The position numbers and the translations under genes are program-made. DNA of 64,000 nt, taken from contig OZ024741.1 in the NCBI GenBank assembly GCA_964016885.1, positions 245,954,001 to 246,018,000 of the forward strand. The letters run 5' to 3'. Position 1 is the first letter of the stretch; each line of letters starts with the position of its first letter. This DNA is from Eledone cirrhosa (taxonomy: Eukaryota). Of this stretch, positions 55,722 through 64,000 are shown in pieces. The notes beneath the pieces were generated by a model that saw nothing but the letters and a program-made list of their open reading frames with translations, was not told the DNA's origin and did not search any database.

Positions 55722-57463
55722 TTTTTTTTTACAAATTATCTCCCCCTGATTTTTTTTTACAAATTATCTCCCCCTGATTTTTGTTTACAAATTATCTCCG
55801 CCTGATTTTTTTTTTAAAATTATCTCCCCTTGGACGGCTGGAAATTATCTCCCCTTGGACGGCTAGAAATTACCTCTCCTTGGACGGCTGAAAATTATCT
55901 CCCCTTGGACGGCTGGAAATTATCTCCCCTTGATTTTTTTACAAATTATCTCCCCTTGATTTTTTTTTTACAAATTATCTCCCCCTGATTTTTTTTTACA
56001 AATTATCTACCCCTGATTTTTTTTTACAAATTATCTCCCCCTGATTTTTTTTTACAAATTATCTACCCCTGATTTTTTTTACAAATTATCTCCCCCTGAT
56101 TTTTTTTACAAATTATCTCCCCCTGATTTTTTTTTTACAAATTATCTCCCCCTGATTTTTTTACAAATTATCTCCCCCTGATTTTTTTTACAAATTATCT
56201 CCGCCGGATTTTTTTAAATATTATCTTCCCTTGGCTTGCGGGAAATTATCTCCCCTTGGACGGCTGAAAATTATCTCCCCTTGGACGGCTGGAAATTATC
56301 TCCCCTTGATTTTTTTTACAAATTATCTCCCCCTGATTTTTTTTTACAAATTATCTCCCCCTGATTTTTTTTACAAATTATCTCCCCCTGATTTTTTTTT
56401 ACAAATTATCTCCCCCTGATTTTTTTTACAAATTATCTCCCCCTGATTTTTTTTACAAATTATCTCCCCCTGATTTTTTTTTACAAATTATCTCCCCCTG
56501 ATTTTTTTACAAATTATCTCCCCCTGATTTTTTTTACAAATTATCTCCGCCTGATTTTTTAAAATATTATCTTCCCTTGGCTGGCGGGAAATTATCTCCC
56601 CTTGGACGGCTGGAAATTATCTGCCCTTGATTTTCTTTTTACAAATTAACTTCCACTGATTTTTTTTACAAATTATCTCCACCTGATTTTTTTTAAAATT
56701 ATCTCCCCTTGGAAGGCTGGAAATTATCTCCCCTTGGCTGGAAATTATCGCCCCTTGGACGGCTAGAAATTATCTCTCTTTGGACGGCTGGAAATTATCA
56801 CCCCTTGAGTTTTTTACAAATTATCTCCCCCTGATTTTTTTTACAAATCTCCCAGTGATTTTTAAAAAAAAATTATCTTCCCTTCGCTGGCTGGAAATTA
56901 TCTCCCCTTGGACGCTGGAAATTATAGCCCCTTGGAGGGCTGGAAATTATCTTCCCTTGGACGGCTGGAAATTATCTCCCCTTGATTTTTTTTACAAATT
57001 ATCTCCCCCTGATTTTTTTTTACAAATTATCCCCCCCTGATTTTTTTTTACAACTTATCTGCGCCTGATTTTTTTAAAAAAATTATCTCCCCTTGGACGG
57101 CTGGAAATTATCTCCCCTTGGACGGCTGGAAATTATCTCTCCTTGGACGGCTAGAATTTACCTCTCCTTGGACGGCTGAAAATTATCTCCCCTTGGACGG
57201 CTGGAAATTATCTCCCCTTGATTTTTTTTACAAATTATCTCCCCCTGATTTTTTTTTACAAATTATCTCCCCCTGATTTTTTTTACAAATTATCTCCCCC
57301 TGATTTTTTTTTACAAATTATCTCCCCCTGATTTTTTTTTACAAATTATCTCCCCCTGATTTTTTTTTACAAATTATCTCCCCCTGATTTTTTTTTACAA
57401 ATTATCTCCGCCTGATTTTTTTTAAAAATTACCTCCCCTTGGACGGCTGGAAATTATCTCCCC
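41570..57463. repeat. HOR period 3, the simplest form (15,894 bp)
   Basis: Offsets 41570->57464, 41938->57832 and 43379->59273 are all 15,894. This period lacks the 5553, 1708 and 1085 bp additions. Confidence 0.9.
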
Positions 57464-59749
57464 TTGGACGGCTGGAAATTATCTCCCCTTGGACGGCTAG
57501 AAATTATCTCTCCTTGGACGGCTGAAAATTATCTCCCCTTGGACGGCTGCAAATTATCTCCACTTGATTTTTTTTACAAATTATCTCCCCCTGATTTTTT
57601 TTACAAATTATCTCCCCCTGATTTTTTTTACAAATTATCTACCCCTGATTTTTTTTACAAATTATCTCCCCCTGATTTTTTTTTACAAATTATCTCCCCC
57701 TGATTTTTTTTTACAAATTATCTCCCCCTGATTTTTCTTTTACAAATTATCTCCCCCTGATTTTTTTACAAAGTATCTCCCCCTGATTTTTTTTACAATC
57801 TCCGCCTGATTTTTTTAAAAATTATCTTCCCTTGGCTGGCGGGAAATTATCTCCCCTTGGACGGCTGGAAATTATCTCCCCTTGGAAGGATGGAAATTAT
57901 CTCCCCTTGGACGGCTGGAAATTATCTCCCCTTGCACGGCTGGAAATTATCTCCCCTTGGACGGATAGATATTACCTCCCCTTGGACGGCTGGAAATTAT
58001 CTCCCCTTGATTTTTTTACAAATTATCTCCCCCTGATTTATTTTACAAATCTCCCAATGATTTTTAAAAAAAAATTATCTCCCCTTCGCTGGCTGGAAAT
58101 TATCTCCCCTTGGACGCTGGAAATTATAGCCCCTTGGAGGGCTGGAAATTATCTTCCCTTGGACGGCTGGAAATTATCTCCCCTTGATTTTTTTTACAAA
58201 TTATCTCCCCCTGATTTTTTTTACAAATTATCTCCCCCTGATTTTTTTTACAAATTATCTACCCCTGATTTTTTTTACAAATTATCTCCCCCTGATTTTT
58301 TTTTACAAATTATCTCCCCCTGATTTTTTTTTACAAATTATCTCCCCCTGATTTTTTTACAAATTATCTCCCCCTGATTTTTTTTTACAATCTCCGCCTG
58401 ATTTTTTTAAAAATTATCTTCCCTTGGCTGGCTGGAAATTATCTCCCCTTGGACACTGGAAATTATAGCCCCTTGGAGGGCTGGAAATTATCTTCCCTTG
58501 GACGGCTGGAAATTATCTCCCCTTGATTTTTTTTACAAATTAACTCCGCCTGATTTTTTTTTACAAATTATCTCCCCCTGATTTTTTTTTACAAATTATC
58601 TACCCCTGATTTTTTTTTACAAATTATCTCCCCCTGATTTTTTTTACAAATTATCTCCCCCTGATTTTTCTTTTACAAATTATCTCCCCCTGATTTTTTT
58701 ACAAATTATCTCCCCCTGATTTTTTTTACAAATTATCTCCGCCTGATTTTTTTAAATATTATCTTCCCTTGGCTGGCGGGAAATTATCTCCCCTTGGACG
58801 GCTGGAAATTATCTGCCCTTGATTTTCTTTTTACAAATTATCTTCCACTGATTTTTTTTACAAATTATCTCCACCTGATTTTTTAAAAAATTATCTCCCC
58901 TTGGAAGGCTGGAAATTATCTCCCCTTGGACGGCTGGAAATTATCTCCCCTTGGACGGCTAGAAATTATCTCTCCTTGGACGGCTGAAAATTATCTCCCC
59001 TTGGACGGCTGCAAATTATCTCCCCTTGATTTTTTTTACAAATTATCTCCCCCTGATTTTTTTTTACAAATTATCTCCCCCTGATTTTTTTTTACAAATT
59101 ATCTCCCCCTGATTTTTTTTTACAAATTATCTCCCCCTGATTTTTTTTTACAAATTATCTCCCCCTGATTTTTTTTTACAAATTATCTCCCCCTGATTTT
59201 TTTTTACAAATTATCTCCGCCTGATTTTTTTTAAAAATTACCTCCCCTTGGACGGCTGGAAATTATCTCCCCTTGGACGGCTGGAAATTATCTCCCCTTG
59301 GACGGCTAGAAATTATCTCTCCTTGGACGGCTGAAAATTATCTCCCCTTGGACGGCTGCAAATTATCTCCACTTGATTTTTTTTACAAATTATCTCCCCC
59401 TGATTTTTTTTACAAATTATCTCCCCCTGATTTTTTTTACAAATTATCTACCCCTGATTTTTTTTACAAATTATCTCCCCCTGATTTTTTTTTACAAATT
59501 ATCTCCCCCTGATTTTTTTTTACAAATTATCTCCCCCTGATTTTTCTTTTACAAATTATCTCCCCCTGATTTTTTTACAAAGTATCTCCCCCTGATTTTT
59601 TTTACAATCTCCGCCTGATTTTTTTAAAAATTATCTTCCCTTGGCTGGCGGGAAATTATCTCCCCTTGGACGGCTGGAAATTATCTCCCCTTGGAAGGAT
59701 GGAAATTATCTCCCCTTGGACGGCTGGAAATTATCTCCCCTTGCACGGC

Positions 59750-62700
59750 TGGAAATTATCTCCCCTTGATTTTTTTTACAAATTATCTCCCCCTGATTTT
59801 TTTTACAAATTATCTCCCCCTGATTTTTTTTACAAATTATCTACCCCTGATTTTTTTTACAAATTATCTCCCCCTGATTTTTTTTTACAAATTATCTCCC
59901 CCTGATTTTTTTTTACAAATTATCTCCCCCTGATTTTTTTACAAATTATCTCCCCCTGATTTTTTTTTACAATCTCCGCCTGATTTTTTTTAAAATTATC
60001 TTCCCTTGGCTGGCTGGAAATTATCTCCCCTTGGACACTGGAAATTATAGCCCCTTGGAGGGCTGGAAATTATCTTCCCTTGGACGGCTGGAAATTATCT
60101 CCCCTTGATTTTTTTTACAAATTAACTCCGCCTGATTTTTTTTTACAAATTATCTCCCCCTGATTTTTTTTTACAAATTATCTACCCCTGATTTTTTTTT
60201 ACAAATTATCTCCCCCTGATTTTTTTTACAAATTATCTCCCCCTGATTTTTCTTTTACAAATTATCTCCCCCTGATTTTTTTACAAATTATCTCCCCCTG
60301 ATTTTTTTTACAAATTATCTCCGCCTGATTTTTTTAAATATTATCTTCCCTTGGCTGGCGGGAAATTATCTCCCCTTGGACGGCTGGAAATTATCTCCCC
60401 TTGGACGGCTAGAAATTATCTCTCCTTGGACGGCTGAAAATTATCTCCCCTTGGACGGCTGCAAATTATCTCCCCTTGATTTTTTTTACAAATTATCTCC
60501 CCCTGATTTTTTTTACAAATTATCTCCCCCTGATTTTTTTTACAAATTATCTACCCCTGATTTTTTTTACAAATTATCTCCCCCTGATTTTTTTTTACAA
60601 ATTATCTCCCCCTGATTTTTTTTTACAAATTATCTCCCCCTGATTTTTTTTTTACAAATTATCTCCCCCTGATTTTTTTACAAATTATCTCCCCCTGATT
60701 TTTTTTACAATCTCCGCCTGATTTTTTTTAAAATTATCTTCCCTTGGCTGGCGGGAAATTATCTCCCCTTGGACGGCTGGAAATTATCTCCCCTTGGAAG
60801 GATGGAAATTATCTCCCCTTGGACGGCTGGAAATTATCTCCCCTTGCACGGCTGGAAATTATCTCCCCTTGGCTGGAAATTATCTCCCCTTGGACGGCTA
60901 GAAATTATCTCTCTTTGGACGGCTGGAAATTATCTCCCTTTGATTTTTTTTACAAATTATCTCCCTCTGATTTTTTTTACAAATCTCCCCCTGATTTTTT
61001 AAAAAAAATTATCTCCCCTTCGCTGGCTGGAAATTATCTTCCCTTGGACGGCTGGAAATTATCTCACCTTGATTTTTTTTACAAATTATCTCCGCCTGAT
61101 TTTTTTTTTAAATTATCTCTCCTTGGACGGCTGGAAATTATCTCCCCTTGATTTTTTTTACAAATAATCTCCCCCTGATTTTTTTTTATAAATTATCTCC
61201 CCCTGATTTTTTTTTACAAATTATCTACCCCTGATTTTTTTTTACAAATTATCTCCCCCTGATTTTTTTTACAAATTATCTCCCCCTGATTTTTCTTTTA
61301 CAAATTATCTCCCCCTGATTTTTTTACAAATTATCTCCCCCTGATTTTTTTTACAAATTGTCTCCGCCTGATTTTTTTAAATATTATCTTCCCTTGGCTG
61401 GCGGGAAATTACCTCCCCTTGGACGGCTGGAAATTATCTGCCCTTGATTTTCTTTTTACAAATTATCTTCCACTGATTTTTTTTACAAATTATCTCCACC
61501 TGATTTTTTAAAAAATTATCTCCCCTTGGAAGGCTGGAAATTATCTCCCCTTGGCTGGAAATTATCTCCCCTTGGACGGCTAGAAATTATCTCTCTTTGG
61601 ACGGCTGGAAATTATCACCCCTTGATTTTTTAACAAATTATCTCCCCCTGATTTTTTTTACAAATCTCCCAGTGATTTTTAAAAAAAAATTATCTCCCCT
61701 TCGCTGGCTGGAAATTATCTCCCCTTGGACGCTGGAAATTATAGCCCCTTGGAGGGCTGGAAATTATCTTCCCTTGGACGGCCGGAAATTATCTCCCCTT
61801 GATTTTTTTTACAAATTATCTCCCCCTGATTTTTTTTTACAAATTATCTCCCCCTGATTTTTTTTTACAACTTATCTGCGCCTGATTTTTTTAAAAAAAT
61901 TATCTCCCCTTGGACGGCTGGAAATTATCTCCCCTTGGACGGCTGGAAATTATCTCTCCTTGGACGGCTAGAATTTACCTCTCCTTGGACGGCTGAAAAT
62001 TATCTCCCCTTGGACGGCTGGAAATTATCTCCCCTTGATTTTTTTTACAAATTATCTCCCCCTTTTTTTTTTTTACAAATTATCTCCCCCTGATTTTTTT
62101 TTACAAATTATCTCCCCCTGATTTTTTTTTACAAATTATCTCCCCCTGATTTTTTTTACAAATTATCTCCCCCCTGATTTTTTTACAAATTATCTCCCCT
62201 TGGCTGGCTGGAAATTATCTCCCCTTGGAGGCTGGAACTTATCTCCCCTTGGACGGCTAGAAATTACCTCTCCTTGGACGGCTGGAAAATATGTCTCCTT
62301 GGACGGCTGGATATTATCTCCCCTTGGACGGCTGGAAATTATCTCCCCTTGGACGGCTGGAAATTATCTCCCCTTGGATGGCTAGATATTACCTCCCCTT
62401 GGACGGCTGGAAATTATCTCCCCTTGATTTTTTTAACAAATTATCTCCCCCTGATTTTTTTTTACAAATGATCTCCCCCTGATTTTTTTTAAAAAATTAT
62501 CTCCCCCTGATTTTTGTTTACAAATTATCTCCGCCTGATTTTTTTTAACAAATTATCTCCCCTTGGACGGCTGGAAATTATCTCCCCTTGGACGGCTGGA
62601 AATTATATCTCCTTGGACGGCTAGAATTTACCTCTCCTTGGACGGCTGAAAATTATCTCCCCTTGGACGGCTGGAAATTATCTCCCCTTGATTTTTTTTA

Positions 62701-64000
62701 CAAATCATCTCCCCCTGATTTTTTTTTACAAATTATCTCCCCCTGATTTTTTTTACAAATTATCTCCCCCTGATTTTTTTTTACAAATTATCTCCCCCTG
62801 ATTTTTTTACAAATTATCTCCCCTTGGCTGGCTGGAAATTATCTCCCCTTGGAGGCTGGAACTTATCTCCCCTTGGACGGCTAGAAATTACCTCTCCTTG
62901 GACGGCTGGAAAATATGTCTCCTTGGACGGCTGGATATTATCTCCCCTTGGACGGCTGGAAATTATCTCCCCTTGGACGGCTGGAAATTATCTCCCCTTG
63001 GATGGCTAGATATTACCTCCCCTTGAACGGCTGGAAATTATCTCCCCTTGATTTTTTTTACAAATTATCTCCCCCTGATTTTTTTTTACAAATTATCTCC
63101 CCCTGATTTTTTTTTACAAATTATCTCCCCCTGATTTTTGTTTACAAATTATCTCCGCCTGATTTTTTTTTAAAAATTATCTCCCCTTGGACGGCTGGAA
63201 ATTATCTCTCCTTGGATGGCTAGATATTACCTCCCCTTGGACGGCTGGAAATTATCTCCCCTTGATCTTTTTACAAATTATCTCCCCCTGATTTTTTTTT
63301 TACAAATTATCTCCCCCTGATTTTTTTTTACAAATTATCTACCCCTGATTTTTTTTTACAAATTATCTACCCCTGATTTTTTTTACAAATTATCTCCCCC
63401 TGATTTTTTTTTTACAAATTATCTCCCCCTGATTTTTTTACAAATTATCTCCCACTGATTTTTTTTACAAATTATCTCCGCCTGATTTTTTTAAATATTA
63501 TCTCTCCTTGGCTGGCGGGAAATTATCTCCCCTTGGACGGCTGGAAATTATCTCCCCTTGGAAGGATGGAAATTATCTCCCCTTGGACGGCTGGAAATTA
63601 TCTCTCCTTGGACGGCTAGAATTTACCTCTCCTTGGACGGCTGAAAATTATCTCCCCTTGAACGGCTGGAAATTATCTCCCCTTGATTTTTTTTACAAAT
63701 TATCTCCCCCTTTTTTTTTTTTACAAATTATCTCCCCCTGATTTTTTTTTACAAATTATCTCCCCCTGATTTTTTTTACAAATTATCTCCCCCCTGATTT
63801 TTTTACAAATTATCTCCCCTTGGCTGGTTGGAAATTATCTCCCCTTGGAGGCTGGAACTTATCTCCCCTTGGACGGCTAGAAATTACCTCTCCTTGGACG
63901 GCTGGAAAATATGTCTCCTTGGACGGCTGGATATTATCTCCCCTTGGACGGCTGGAAATTATCTCCCCTTGGACGGCTGGAAATTATCTCCCCTTGGATG
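59750..64000. repeat. Rearranged satellite sub-domain (same monomers and cassettes, different order, private variants)
   Basis: The 15,894 register is lost after about 59755. Variants I did not see earlier in the window occur at about 61066 (CTCACC), 61783 (CGGCCGGAAA), 62470 (AAATGATC) and 62706 (AAATCATC). Confidence 0.8.

Larger units (their letters stand above)
1..64000. repeat. Composite two-monomer tandem satellite array (25-bp A and ~27-bp B monomers with a shared 16-bp core)
   Basis: Every line consists of AAATTATCTCCCCYTG followed by either GACGGCTGG (A, 25 bp) or A+T7-10+AC (B), or a slight variant. Orientation is the same throughout and I saw no non-repeat insert. Confidence 0.99.

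Noticed and set aside
318-63741. Many short plus-strand ORFs (LEIISPWTAGNYLPLDGWKLSPLGR and KLSPPDFFY repeats)
   Set aside because: These are repeat artefacts. The 25-bp A monomer has no plus-strand stop in any frame and T8 B monomers are 27 bp. The ORFs overlap in several frames, mostly start at TTG inside the monomer, and are broken by T-tract length changes. The minus strand has TAA in every canonical core, which explains the strand bias.
1-64000. CRISPR-like array (constant partly palindromic repeat plus variable spacer)
   Set aside because: The 'spacers' are only 9-13 bp, are of two recurring types rather than unique, and there is no leader or cas gene.
1-64000. Telomerase-made telomeric array with long variant repeats
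   Set aside because: No TTAGGG-type unit or telomere repeat that I recognise, and exact multi-kb duplication of variant patterns points to recombination or replication-based amplification rather than de novo templated addition.
1-64000. Low-complexity sequencing or assembly junk
   Set aside because: Rare variants recur at exact long-range offsets in a hierarchical pattern, which noise would not produce. Copy number of the largest duplications still needs read validation.

Overview
The whole 64 kb window is one uninterrupted, head-to-tail satellite DNA array with no unique sequence, inversion, transposon or gene that I could find. It is probably eukaryotic (peri)centromeric or other heterochromatin, but that is inference. 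It is built from two short monomers sharing a 16-bp core AAATTATCTCCCCYTG: type A (25 bp, tail GACGGCTGG) and type B (about 26-29 bp, tail A-T(7-10)-AC). They alternate in runs, roughly 2,400 monomers in total (64 kb divided by about 26 bp). Diagnostic variants and the exact offsets of recurring ORF strings show nested higher-order structure: fixed cassettes (about 0.2 kb), sub-repeats at 624/1085/1809 bp, about 5-kb subunits and a roughly 15.9-kb higher-order repeat (HOR). There is also a near-identical 18.7-kb tandem duplication whose junction is a collapsed T3 tract at 36979-36981, and a change to a differently organised domain after about 59.75 kb. All listed ORFs are by-products of the repeat. 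I found no evidence for a protein-coding or CRISPR-type system; what is interesting here is the array architecture.
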